From a virus: DNA of 64,000 nucleotides. The stretch covers positions 1 through 64,000 of IMG/VR virus record IMGVR_UViG_3300032053_000038, one strand, 5' to 3'. Positions 1 to 8,761 of this stretch are shown here, piece after piece; position 1 is the first letter of the stretch, and every line of letters starts with the position of its first letter. Under the pieces are notes generated by a model. The model was not told where the DNA came from and did no database searches. It worked only from the letters and a program-made list of their open reading frames with translations. The position numbers and the translations under genes were made by a program.

Positions 1-116
1 TTCTAGTTGAATAATGTGTCCATACTTATGAGTGCACTTTACATTGCATGTTATCATACTTATGGGTGGAAGCATATCAGGACTTATAACTCGATCTTTT
101 ATAGAGGCCATAAATA

Positions 117-142
117 AAATAAGCCCCGCGAGGGGCTTATTT
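117..142 (-). terminator. Intrinsic terminator after recA (possibly bidirectional)
   Basis: AAATAAGCCCC-GCGA-GGGGCTTATTT perfect hairpin with A/T flanks just after the recA stop. Confidence 0.85.
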
Positions 143-153
143 CTCCTGTATAT

Positions 154-1131
154 TTACTTTGACTTCTGAATAATCCACTCTTCAATTTTTGCACGAAGAA
201 TGGGGTCTTCTTGTATTGCCTTGGTAACAGCAGCCTTACCTACCCACTTCTGATCACCCATAATATAAGTATGACCCGTATGTTCCATAAATTCCTTATT
301 TAGAGCATACTCAATCATATCTAGAGTAGTATCAATTCCCTTTCCAAATATAAAGGTTAATTCTGCCGTCCTGAGTGGAGGTGCTACCTTATTCTTTACA
401 ACATTAACATGAATGCGATGACCAAGAATAGTGTCACCATCTTTAATATCAGAACCACCTATACGACGAACATTCATGCGAACGGAACTATAGAACTTAA
501 GTGCTTCTCCGCCAGGCGTTGTTGTAGGATTACCATACATTACACCTATATTCTGGCGTGTCTGATTAATAAAGATAACACATGTTTTAGTCTTACCTAC
601 AATCGGTGTCAACTTTCTAAGAGCCTTACTCATCATACGCGGTTGAAGAGCCATAAACTGCTTCTCCATACCCGCTTCTGCTTCTTCCTTCGGAACAAGA
701 GCAGCAGTACTGTCAAGAACAATCATATCAAACTCATTTGTATTGACAAGTCGTTCAAGAGCTTCTAGAGCCTGCTCACCATAATCAGGTTGGTTAAAAT
801 ACAAGGCGTCTGTATTAATCCCTAAGGACTGTGCATAAGGAACACTAAATGCGTGCTCTACATCAATAAAAGCAGCTCTTCCTCCCGCTTTTTGAGCTTG
901 AGCAATCCCTAAAAGGCTCATGGTAGTCTTTCCACCACTGGGTTGCCCAAATATTTCAATAATGCGTCCTCGAGGATACCCGCCTACTCCAAGAGCTTCA
1001 TCGAGGAGGAATGACCCCGATCGGATTGCTTCCACTTGAAGTGTTGGCATTTCCGAAAGGGGTCTTACCGAAGTATCAAGATCTTTCTCTATACCTGAAA
1101 GAGTCTCTTTTAATGTTTTCCTCTCTTCCAT
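154..1131 (-). CDS. recA: RecA recombinase
   Basis: GYPRGRIIEIFGQPSGGKTT Walker A, AFIDVEHA, IFINQTR, TTPGGEALKFYSSVR, KNKVAPP. Confidence 0.97.
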   Translation of the reverse strand: MEERKTLKETLSGIEKDLDTSVRPLSEMPTLQVEAIRSGSFLLDEALGVGGYPRGRIIEIFGQPSGGKTTMSLLGIAQAQKAGGRAAFIDVEHAFSVPYAQSLGINTDALYFNQPDYGEQALEALERLVNTNEFDMIVLDSTAALVPKEEAEAGMEKQFMALQPRMMSKALRKLTPIVGKTKTCVIFINQTRQNIGVMYGNPTTTPGGEALKFYSSVRMNVRRIGGSDIKDGDTILGHRIHVNVVKNKVAPPLRTAELTFIFGKGIDTTLDMIEYALNKEFMEHTGHTYIMGDQKWVGKAAVTKAIQEDPILRAKIEEWIIQKSK

Positions 1132-1578
1132 TTAAAAAGGTACATCCTCAATGTCAGGAGATACAGGCGTCGGTGGTGCCTTTGCAGTAGCCTTCTGAAC
1201 AGCAGCTACGGGAGTCCTACGACTGTCAGAAACTCCTTTAACCTCTTCAACATTAGCAAAAACCTTACCGCGCTCTGTTGTCTTGTTAACGACGGTAACC
1301 TTAACTAGCCTACCCTTGAGTGTATCAACATCTAGCTCATCTTCAATAGTCAGCGTATCAATACCCATAGACTGAAGAGTCTTATCAAGTCTATTACCCG
1401 GGATAAGTTTCGCAGGACGAATCATCGAAACCTCAGTATCTGCGTACTCTCCATCCACTACTCTGAAGAAGAACTTTAAGCAAGGACCATACTGCCCCGC
1501 AGCCTGCTCAACATCAGATAATACGGCGTTATACTCGCCTTCCTGAATCGACTTAGACTTCTGTATCTTAAAACCCAT
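1132..1578 (-). CDS. Probable single-stranded DNA-binding protein (OB-fold, DUF669-like)
   Basis: EGEYNAVLSDVE start, acidic-aromatic tail DIEDVPF, GGAGGAG RBS, adjacent to recA. Confidence 0.7.
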   Translation of the reverse strand: MGFKIQKSKSIQEGEYNAVLSDVEQAAGQYGPCLKFFFRVVDGEYADTEVSMIRPAKLIPGNRLDKTLQSMGIDTLTIEDELDVDTLKGRLVKVTVVNKTTERGKVFANVEEVKGVSDSRRTPVAAVQKATAKAPPTPVSPDIEDVPF

Positions 1579-1603
1579 TTGTACTCCTCCTATCTATATG
1601 ATA

Positions 1604-1789
1604 TTACACTTCGTTTTTCTTTTCAGCACCTAACGTAACTTTTAGATTCTTTTCCTTAATAAGTTTCCAAAAGCGCTTATTACATTCTGTTATAGGAACT
1701 ATTCCCGTGCCATAAATCTCTTCCACTGTCATATGCTTAATGGCGTCAAGATTAATACCAAAAGACTTTAGTCCTATCCTAGGCATCAT
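1604..1789 (-). CDS. Hypothetical protein (likely start MMPRIG)
   Basis: Fills the gap between neighbours; the later start avoids an 83-nt overlap. Confidence 0.5.
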   Translation of the reverse strand: MMPRIGLKSFGINLDAIKHMTVEEIYGTGIVPITECNKRFWKLIKEKNLKVTLGAEKKNEV

Positions 1790-2324
1790 TCCCTTCTGAT
1801 TGGCGATGTACGCCAAGTGTCCTTTCTCGGAAAGGAGCCCCAGTACCTCTATTAATTTCACCGATATCTAATTGGAGTTGAATAACAGATATCTGCCGAG
1901 AGATATTAGTGTTGGCACTATCTAACAAGGCATATTTACTTTGTACTAATTTTTGAAATGCTTCCGCCTCGGATAGATCAATCATTGTTGCATTCGTTCT
2001 TGCGAACTCATCAGGAAGCTTTGCATTACAAGCAGCTCTGCGTAATCCTTCCGACTTTAGACTTTGAATACTAGTATCTTGCATTAGCAAGCTGTCAAAC
2101 TTCCTTTCGTAGTCTACTTTACATTCCTGATGAATACGATCTCTTTCATACACATTGGCAATAGCTGCACTGAGGACGGCTGAAACTCTTTCCTTGAGGG
2201 CATGAACTGCTGCTATCTTAGCATTTAAACTTCCAATGCCTGCTTGAGCTGGATCTGCATCTAACTCAATATTGATCCCAAGCAATTCCTTCCGGAGTTG
2301 CTCATACTGCAATTGATTAATCAT
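1779..2324 (-). CDS. Coiled-coil protein, possible UvsY-like recombination mediator
   Basis: All-helical heptad pattern; in operon with SSB-like gene and recA (function inferred from context). Confidence 0.5.
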   Translation of the reverse strand: MINQLQYEQLRKELLGINIELDADPAQAGIGSLNAKIAAVHALKERVSAVLSAAIANVYERDRIHQECKVDYERKFDSLLMQDTSIQSLKSEGLRRAACNAKLPDEFARTNATMIDLSEAEAFQKLVQSKYALLDSANTNISRQISVIQLQLDIGEINRGTGAPFRERTLGVHRQSEGNDA

Positions 2325-2571
2325 TAGTTGTCTCTAACTTACCGTCAGCCTTAGCTTGCTTTAGAAGTTCGGAGTTAGATTCACAATCGCGGTTAGTAAG
2401 TACTTTAACCTGCTTTGCTAACTTGTCATGCTCAGCCATATACTCTTCTTTAGAGCTAAAAATAATAGTACGACTCTCTTCCGTCATGAACTCCTCTGAC
2501 TGCCAATCATATGAAACCTTTCGTGAATATCTCTTTGTAATCGTTGCTGTCTGCTTTTCTTGTTTATCCAT
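2317..2571 (-). CDS. Hypothetical protein
   Basis: GAGGA RBS, tightly packed ORF. Confidence 0.7.
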   Translation of the reverse strand: MDKQEKQTATITKRYSRKVSYDWQSEEFMTEESRTIIFSSKEEYMAEHDKLAKQVKVLTNRDCESNSELLKQAKADGKLETTND

Positions 2572-2578
2572 TTTATCC

Positions 2579-3235
2579 TCACGCTATAATTAAACCATTA
2601 GCTTCAAAAGCTGCGATACGCTCACGACAAGCCGGACAGACCTTACAGCCACCTAGAACTCCCTTATAACATGAGTGAGTTAAGTTGTAAGGAACTTCTA
2701 ATGTCTTCCCTAAAGCGACTACTTCTGCTTTCCACATATGTACATAGGGTGTATGTACTACTACAGCCCTCTCAGCACTCCTACTTAAGGTCTCTTGTAA
2801 TGAATCAAAGAAGGGACGGCGGCAATCTGGATAGTTTTCATCATCATCTTTAACTGGCGTTAAAAATATATTATAGACTCCCAGTGATCCGCCGTAAGCT
2901 GCCGCGAGCGTTGTCATCAAAGTATTTCGATGAGGAACAACTGTCTTCGGCTGATCCTTCATGTTATCTGGTACAGGAATGCTAGAATCCGTTAAAGCTG
3001 AATTACCAATCTGTCTAAGATCAATGGTAATAATCTTATAAGGCTTTAATTGACCAGGATATTTTCTACTATAGAATCCGAAGACTTTGGCAGCTGCGTC
3101 GTTTTCTGCGATCCGATGTTGCTGTCCATAATCGAATACTACTGGATGAATAATCCATCCCTGATTTAAAATGTCTGCTAATAGAGTAGTCGAATCCATT
3201 CCGCCTGAAAGAAGTAAAATTCCTGTCTTTTCCAT
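2579..3235 (-). CDS. queC: 7-cyano-7-deazaguanine synthase QueC
   Basis: LLSGGMDSTT PP-loop, FDYGQQH, VVPHRN, YPDCRRPF, THSCY..CKVCPACRER Zn site. Confidence 0.95.
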   Translation of the reverse strand: MEKTGILLLSGGMDSTTLLADILNQGWIIHPVVFDYGQQHRIAENDAAAKVFGFYSRKYPGQLKPYKIITIDLRQIGNSALTDSSIPVPDNMKDQPKTVVPHRNTLMTTLAAAYGGSLGVYNIFLTPVKDDDENYPDCRRPFFDSLQETLSRSAERAVVVHTPYVHMWKAEVVALGKTLEVPYNLTHSCYKGVLGGCKVCPACRERIAAFEANGLIIA

Positions 3236-3236
3236 A

Positions 3237-3995
3237 CTATTCTCCTGTTACTGCCGGAACCTTCTCGGCAACTAATACAGCGTTACACTTATTTCTCATG
3301 CTCTTAATTTCATCGCTAAACGCTTTCATAAGGTCTAATGAAATATTTCTAGGATCTTCTTGAGTAAATTGATAAAGGTAAGCAACATCTAAAGGACAAT
3401 CTCCCTTGGATATGTTGATTGCATAATGCATTACACATGTATTATTAATTGTATTTGTAGCAATTCCTACACTTAACTTCTTCTTTCTAAAATAGATATC
3501 ATTCCCCTTAATGGAAAATTCCCCTGCAAAGCAGATGCAGGATTCCTTAAGTCTCTCGTAGGCTATGCGCGCAAATAATCTCTGGCATAGCATCATTTCA
3601 GTCAGCGTGGCGCTCTTAAACTCTGCGATAAAATGAAGCATATATCCCTTAATAAAAGGGGCCATCGTATTTAGATCATCTCGATCACACATTCCGTTAA
3701 ATGTTACATCGGCATTACCTATGAAAGAAACGATATAATCTTTCGCGGATAAATAGTAGTCGGATCTGAGGGTACCATCCTTATAATCCCGTAGACCCAG
3801 AAACCTCATATCTAGATACGAAAATTTATAATAATCGTTTAACTCGCATTCACAAGAAAGACATACTGGAATAAAGTTTTCAAAAGTCTTTTTAATACCT
3901 AGATGGAACATAATAGCTGATGCCTTACCACAGCGAGTGCATGGTAGATGTGCCTCTTCTAATCGTGTATAAATCGTCTCTTCTAATTCGCTCAT
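3237..3995 (-). CDS. Zn-finger + DUF366-like (biotin/lipoate-ligase, class II aaRS fold) protein
   Basis: N-terminal CTRC/CLSC; MLHFIAEF, QRLF, GNDIY..KKLSVGIAT, HYAINI match the DUF366 pattern as recalled. Confidence 0.7.
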   Translation of the reverse strand: MSELEETIYTRLEEAHLPCTRCGKASAIMFHLGIKKTFENFIPVCLSCECELNDYYKFSYLDMRFLGLRDYKDGTLRSDYYLSAKDYIVSFIGNADVTFNGMCDRDDLNTMAPFIKGYMLHFIAEFKSATLTEMMLCQRLFARIAYERLKESCICFAGEFSIKGNDIYFRKKKLSVGIATNTINNTCVMHYAINISKGDCPLDVAYLYQFTQEDPRNISLDLMKAFSDEIKSMRNKCNAVLVAEKVPAVTGE

Positions 3996-4002
3996 GTTAA
4001 TT

Positions 4003-4485
4003 TTACACCTCTTCTAATCTTTTCGTTACGAGACTAATTAATTCAGTTGCCTGACCTTGATTTAAATCTTGGGTCAACTTCTGATCAACTTCCTTCATCA
4101 CTTCTTTTACCCTTTCTAATCGTTCAGGGTGTTTAATAAGAAAACTGTGAAACTGTTTACTTAGAAGTTTAGTAACGGCGCCGTTATATGGTTTTTCTTT
4201 TACAACAGTTTCTTGTAGCTTTCCTATCAAAATTTGTAAGTCGTCAAATAAACGGAACTCAGCCTGCTGTCTTGTTATACCCTCTATCTCCGCGTAAAAG
4301 TCAATAGCATCTCCGCCTTTAGAGCAGGTATAACAAAAGAAACTATTTGTACTGGTATAAATAGTAAAATTGGGCCGCTTAACATCTCGATGAAATGGGC
4401 AGAAACAAACATATAAATCTCCCTGTTTCTTTGGGGAGAGACCATACTTTTCTGCAAGTTCAACTATATTAATTGAGTTAATCAT
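4003..4485 (-). CDS. Stand-alone CHC2 primase-type zinc-finger protein
   Basis: CPFHRD..PNF..FFCYTCSKGGDAIDF; no TOPRIM domain follows. Confidence 0.85.
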   Translation of the reverse strand: MINSINIVELAEKYGLSPKKQGDLYVCFCPFHRDVKRPNFTIYTSTNSFFCYTCSKGGDAIDFYAEIEGITRQQAEFRLFDDLQILIGKLQETVVKEKPYNGAVTKLLSKQFHSFLIKHPERLERVKEVMKEVDQKLTQDLNQGQATELISLVTKRLEEV

Positions 4486-4490
4486 AGGGG

Positions 4491-4526
4491 TTGGGGCGGT
4501 AGCATTAGTGGATGCTACCGCCCCAA
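4491..4526 (-). terminator. 15-bp perfect hairpin after csp (terminator, stabiliser or processing site)
   Basis: TTGGGGCGGTAGCAT-TAGTGG-ATGCTACCGCCCCAA; no clear U-tract. Confidence 0.6.
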
Positions 4527-4530
4527 ATCT

Positions 4531-4746
4531 TTAACTCTTTACCATGGCTAACGACTTCACATTGGTAGCCTTAGGTCCCTTATCAGACTGCTCGAGATCA
4601 AACTCGACATTCTGCTTTTCCTTGAGCGTCTTAAATCCATCCATCAAGATAGATGTGTGATGAACAAAGACATCTTTAGATCCATCTTCTGGCGTGATGA
4701 ATCCATAACCCTTCTGATTATTAAACCATTTTACAACTCCACGCAT
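4531..4746 (-). CDS. csp: Cold-shock protein (CspA family)
   Basis: [13 protein letters not shown] (RNP1), DVFVHH (RNP2), KGPKATNV. Confidence 0.97.
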   Translation of the reverse strand: MRGVVKWFNNQKGYGFITPEDGSKDVFVHHTSILMDGFKTLKEKQNVEFDLEQSDKGPKATNVKSLAMVKS

Positions 4747-4788
4747 ATTAACTTCTCCTTTACTAATTTAACTAACTTCAACTACAAA

Positions 4789-4866
4789 TGGGCGCGGGAA
4801 TGGGAGTCGAACCCATTATCGCTCACCTTATGAGAGTGGCATGATCTTCCGTTTCACTCTCCCGCA
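4789..4866 (-). tRNA. tRNA with CAT anticodon (Met/fMet-like), CCA encoded
   Basis: Acceptor TGCGGGA/TCCCGCG, D stem GTGA/TCAT, anticodon loop CTCATAA, T arm ATGGG-TTCGACT-CCCAT, 3' CCA. Confidence 0.9.
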
Positions 4867-4872
4867 CAAATT

Positions 4873-5562
4873 CTAGAGAACCTTTGAGTCGTTCTCTGTA
4901 AAGTTTTCTCGAATTTTTCTGATGATGGTATTGATGTTCGTTCCCGTAACACCAAGTACCTTAGCTATTTCGCTCTGCGAATACCCAAGATAGATCCTCT
5001 TTAGTATTCTTTTCTGCTTTGGCGTCGATCTATTATACAACTGTCGAAGCGCCATCGCATTGAAATTATTATCAAGAGTTTCTTCCATCATTGCAAACTT
5101 ATCGGGTTGCACTTCAGAGAGGGTTTCAAGGGAGGCGGTTTTAGTTACATCACGCTTCCGCGCTCTTTCTTGCTTCCTTTTGTTGCGGAAAATATTTCTG
5201 TTGTACATCCAAAAGAAGGATGTAAACTTACAGAAGGGAACTGTGGTTGTCTTATACCGCATAATCGCTTCTAGTAAATGCTCATAAACATACGACTTAG
5301 CATCGTCATACGAGAAACAATTATACCAGCCGTAACTGATAGCATCTAAGAAGTCAGGAATCTGACCTATAACATCTGTAGCTATTTCGTTTCGTACTGT
5401 TTCAATCCTGAACTTTAAAGCGTCTGCTAATACAGGATCTTTAGCAGCTTCAAGATGAGCCTTTAATAATTCAAGATTCTTGAATTTAGGAAGGATGAAG
5501 TTATTGAGGTTGTCTAGACGTTGCTTCTGCAGCGCTCGTCCAGTTACCGTTTGAGTAGTCAT
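4873..5562 (-). CDS. Phage sigma-70-family sigma factor (likely start MTTQT)
   Basis: Region 2-like LLEAIMRY..KFTSFFWMYNRN..RKQERARKR; region 4 HTH TPKQKRIL..GYSQSEIAKVLGVT. Confidence 0.85.
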   Translation of the reverse strand: MTTQTVTGRALQKQRLDNLNNFILPKFKNLELLKAHLEAAKDPVLADALKFRIETVRNEIATDVIGQIPDFLDAISYGWYNCFSYDDAKSYVYEHLLEAIMRYKTTTVPFCKFTSFFWMYNRNIFRNKRKQERARKRDVTKTASLETLSEVQPDKFAMMEETLDNNFNAMALRQLYNRSTPKQKRILKRIYLGYSQSEIAKVLGVTGTNINTIIRKIRENFTENDSKVL

Positions 5563-5624
5563 TATCACTAACCCTCGTTTTTGGTACTTGGTCAAAATAC
5601 AACTGATAAGTTTCCATCAACAAT

Positions 5625-5653
5625 ATATTACACTTGTTTTGAGAGAAACTTAC
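5625..5653 (-). promoter_or_regulatory. Putative phage middle promoter upstream of sigma gene
   Basis: GTAAG-N16-TGTAATAT, the same motif and spacing as at 9229-9257 and 12657-12685. Confidence 0.6.
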
Positions 5654-5805
5654 CTGGATACTACATCTAACGTCTGGAACTGTAAGAGTTTAACGGTTTC
5701 TTGACTGCAATTTGTTTGACAGCTTGGCTTGGGACCGGCAGCAATTGTTAAGGCGACAGTAATGAATACTGTAAGGCATGTTGTAATTAATACTTTCTTC
5801 ATCAT
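5650..5805 (-). CDS. Small exported protein, 51 aa (not in ORF track)
   Basis: MMKKVLITTCLTVFITVALTIAAGPKPSCQTNCSQETVKLLQFQTLDVVSR*; classical signal peptide; directly behind a consensus promoter. Confidence 0.7.
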   Translation of the reverse strand: MMKKVLITTCLTVFITVALTIAAGPKPSCQTNCSQETVKLLQFQTLDVVSR

Positions 5806-5810
5806 GTTAT

Positions 5811-5839
5811 ATTATATAACATTAAAAATAAAAAAGCAA
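5811..5839 (-). promoter_or_regulatory. Host sigma70-type promoter (early), leaderless
   Basis: TTGCTT-N17-TATAAT, 5 nt before ATG 5805. Confidence 0.75.
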
Positions 5840-5883
5840 CTGGTAATACAAAAAGGGCTTATTTTATTTATGTAACTTACAAA

Positions 5884-7254
5884 TTATCTGTTTTCTGCAA
5901 CAGCTAGAGAACTTGCAAAAGGAGACATTATTGATGAAGAGCTAAGTGAAATAGATCTTTCTTGCATAAGCATTTTGTCGAAGCAAGCATCAATAGTAAA
6001 GCGGCAACCTTTATCATCTCTGATTGCAATCGTTGCTGCTGTCATCTCTACAACATCATTAATTTCTAATTCGTCTCTATCTACTAACCGAAGGGATAAT
6101 AGAATGTCGGCATGGGCTGTAATTAGATGGGACAACCCTACGTTTTCAACTCCGTACTTATATCTCTTGTTTTCTTTGATGCCTTCACGGTTAGCCTGTG
6201 CAGCTGTTATAATAGGAATATTTAATTCTCTTGCAATAGCTCTAACCTCTTCAGTTACCTTACCAATGGTTTCCCATTGATCCTTACCCCTTCTCATAGG
6301 AGTAACTAAAGTTAAGTAGTCTAGAACTACTAGATCGAACTTGTGTGGGAATGTTGTGAGCTTTGACTTTAATAAGGAGGTACTGCAATCGTGAGCATCT
6401 ATGACGTAAAACTTCCCAGGACGCGCCTTCTGCTTTGCAATGGTTTGCTTATAAATAAGTTCTTCACCTGGGGAAAGTTTACCATCCCGAATTTTACCAC
6501 AGGAAAGACCTGAATCTCTTGCATCATATCTACGTTCTACCTGAATCTTAGGCATCTCCACTGAAACGTATAATACATTTTTATTTTGGACAGCATGAGC
6601 ATAATAACCTATATTAGTAAGGGCTGCGCTCTTTCCTTCCTTTACACCACCGATAATAACCATTAATTGACCACCTCTAACACCATTAGTAACACTATCA
6701 AAAGAGGGCCAACCAATGTGAATACCCTTATACTTATCTGGATTATCTCTTACGTCACAATAATGAGTAAAGCGTTCATCAGCACTCTCATCAAGGAATC
6801 CTTCCCGTACATCTTCATGACCTGTTAAATCTAATTTAACAATTCCGCTCTTTAAGTCTGCGATAGCTTGATCTAGCTTTTTCTCTTCTAGGGAATTAAC
6901 GGAGGAAATTAACATCCTCTTTAATTCTGCATTCTTAAAGTCATGCTTTATCTCATCAATAAGAAAAGCTAAAGGTCTATCTTCGTAGGTCTTTCCGATT
7001 AATTCAGTGTACAGTAGAATTATTTTTTGTTTCGAGTCTTCTTCTATCTTACTTTTTGCCAAGATAGATTGAAGCATACTAGCTGATATAAGAGAGGAAT
7101 ACTTATTGTAGAACCATAAGACTATCTCAAATAGCTTCTTATTAGTAGCTTCCTGAAATAATATAAGTTCTACTCTCTTTTCAAGAGCTTGTGTGATATC
7201 ATTTTTAGATGTTAAAAGCTTACTTAAAAATTCCTTCTCAATATCCACGGACAT
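5884..7254 (-). CDS. DnaB-like replicative helicase
   Basis: GGVKEGKSA Walker A, YVSVEMP, VVLDYLTLV, ELNIPIITAAQANREG. Confidence 0.93.
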   Translation of the reverse strand: MSVDIEKEFLSKLLTSKNDITQALEKRVELILFQEATNKKLFEIVLWFYNKYSSLISASMLQSILAKSKIEEDSKQKIILLYTELIGKTYEDRPLAFLIDEIKHDFKNAELKRMLISSVNSLEEKKLDQAIADLKSGIVKLDLTGHEDVREGFLDESADERFTHYCDVRDNPDKYKGIHIGWPSFDSVTNGVRGGQLMVIIGGVKEGKSAALTNIGYYAHAVQNKNVLYVSVEMPKIQVERRYDARDSGLSCGKIRDGKLSPGEELIYKQTIAKQKARPGKFYVIDAHDCSTSLLKSKLTTFPHKFDLVVLDYLTLVTPMRRGKDQWETIGKVTEEVRAIARELNIPIITAAQANREGIKENKRYKYGVENVGLSHLITAHADILLSLRLVDRDELEINDVVEMTAATIAIRDDKGCRFTIDACFDKMLMQERSISLSSSSIMSPFASSLAVAENR

Positions 7255-7956
7255 TTAATTCTCTCCTATCGAGGCCATTCCCTGACGAAAGTCTACGCCT
7301 TTAAATTCAATAGGTAGAGTACACTCGTTCAGAATAGAGTATACCTCATCGCCGTATACATTTTTTACCTTGTCGAAGAAAAGGTTACTGGTAAGAACTG
7401 TAGTCATTAAATTATTACTTCGCTGTCGTAGTATATCATTGAGACAGGTAGCTACTAGTGAAGTGTTGGTTCTCGTCTCGTTACCAACTTCATCAATAAC
7501 TAACAAGTCTACCCCCAAAATTATGTCGTTATATTTCTCTTTAAGCTCCTCATCCTTCCAACCGCCTGCGTACATATCAACACATTGGTCTAATGTCAAA
7601 AAATACCCGGAGTAGCCTTTCCATAGGGACTCCATTAGTACAATACATGCTAACCCCGTCTTTGCCAGACCTGTCGAACCATATAAGAATAAACCCATTC
7701 CGTCGTCTACATTCTTGTCTATAACGTTAAGATATTCTCCAACTTTATTACGCGAAGCTATCGTCTGTGGGTGGGATATCTGATTTAGAGTTAGGGTTCT
7801 GTACTTCAAAGGAATGTTAGCTTTATGCTTTTTAAACTCTAGACGATAATTATCAAGGCAGGAGCACGCATGATCTTTCCCGTGACACTTCGGGCACCTC
7901 GTGATAATTTTTTCTTTAAGCTTTAAAAGAAACTTCTTATCTCTTTCACTTAACAC
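7255..7956 (-). CDS. DnaC/IstB-like helicase loader ATPase
   Basis: N-terminal CPKC..CSC, ANIPLKY, GLFLYGSTGLAKT, LLVIDEVGNE, TSN, GVDFR. Confidence 0.9.
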   Translation of the reverse strand: MLSERDKKFLLKLKEKIITRCPKCHGKDHACSCLDNYRLEFKKHKANIPLKYRTLTLNQISHPQTIASRNKVGEYLNVIDKNVDDGMGLFLYGSTGLAKTGLACIVLMESLWKGYSGYFLTLDQCVDMYAGGWKDEELKEKYNDIILGVDLLVIDEVGNETRTNTSLVATCLNDILRQRSNNLMTTVLTSNLFFDKVKNVYGDEVYSILNECTLPIEFKGVDFRQGMASIGEN

Positions 7957-7960
7957 GATA

Positions 7961-8176
7961 TTACCCCTTATATTCTAAAACGATCTTTTCCTTTTTTCCT
8001 ATTTCTAAAATACAACCCCAAATATAGAAGACTTCATCGCGGCATTCTACAAATTCAGAACTCTGCCTCATCAACTCTCTGAATAATGTCTCGCTGATAA
8101 TAATTCTTGAAGGCTTTTTCCCTTCATGGATAGCCTTCATAATAGTGTCTACTACCTTATTGACAATTCGTTTCAT
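7961..8176 (-). CDS. Hypothetical protein
   Basis: Packed ORF in operon. Confidence 0.6.
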   Translation of the reverse strand: MKRIVNKVVDTIMKAIHEGKKPSRIIISETLFRELMRQSSEFVECRDEVFYIWGCILEIGKKEKIVLEYKG

Positions 8177-8399
8177 TTTTGTTTTTCAATATTCCAATAA
8201 CAGGAACTGTTAAAAGATATTCATACAAACACTCATCACAAATATATCCTATATAATCAAGGGACGCTGCTCTCATTATATAGCGAACGTGTTCTACACA
8301 ACAACGTCTCATGCATTGAGAACACTTCTGAACCGGATTAACTAAACAGCAGAGTCTCTCTGCTCTTTGAAATACTTTTCTTTCTGTGCCTTCAACCAT
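8157..8399 (-). CDS. Cys-rich hypothetical protein
   Basis: CC, CSQC, CC..H, CDEC. Confidence 0.55.
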   Translation of the reverse strand: MVEGTERKVFQRAERLCCLVNPVQKCSQCMRRCCVEHVRYIMRAASLDYIGYICDECLYEYLLTVPVIGILKNKNETNCQ

Positions 8400-8761
8400 G
8401 CTTTCATCTCGTCATCTAATTCTACAGCAGGCGTTTTTACTTTGTTCTCAGCTTTTCTCTTAGGATTTTTCTTACTCAGATAAAGATCAACTACTCCTAG
8501 AAGAAATTGAATATCGATAGGCTTAACTCGTTTGCGCTTGGGATATTCTACGAACATATCATCAATAAATTTAAAAATTCCTCTAATAGGTTTTCCTTGT
8601 TGATTGAACCGTCTCAGAATACCTAACATAATAGTACAGTCCCTGGCAAATACAATCTGGTATTCTATATTATTATTAACTTCACGAAACTTCTTCATGA
8701 AGTATTTTACAAAGTCTGTCGTATTATATTCTGCAAAAAGTTTATCTCGTTTTATAACCAT
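8342..8761 (-). CDS. Hypothetical protein, possible replication-initiation partner of the loader
   Basis: Heads the loader/helicase operon; basic helical protein. Confidence 0.55.
   Translation of the reverse strand: MVIKRDKLFAEYNTTDFVKYFMKKFREVNNNIEYQIVFARDCTIMLGILRRFNQQGKPIRGIFKFIDDMFVEYPKRKRVKPIDIQFLLGVVDLYLSKKNPKRKAENKVKTPAVELDDEMKAWLKAQKEKYFKEQRDSAV

Noticed and set aside
2579-3235. QueC as part of a Qat or CBASS defence operon
   Set aside because: No QatA/TatD, cyclase or TGT neighbours; the sequence looks like canonical QueC
7958-7986. GGTAATAT before the loader gene as another promoter copy
   Set aside because: Lacks the upstream GT element, contains the preceding stop codon and is too close to the GTG
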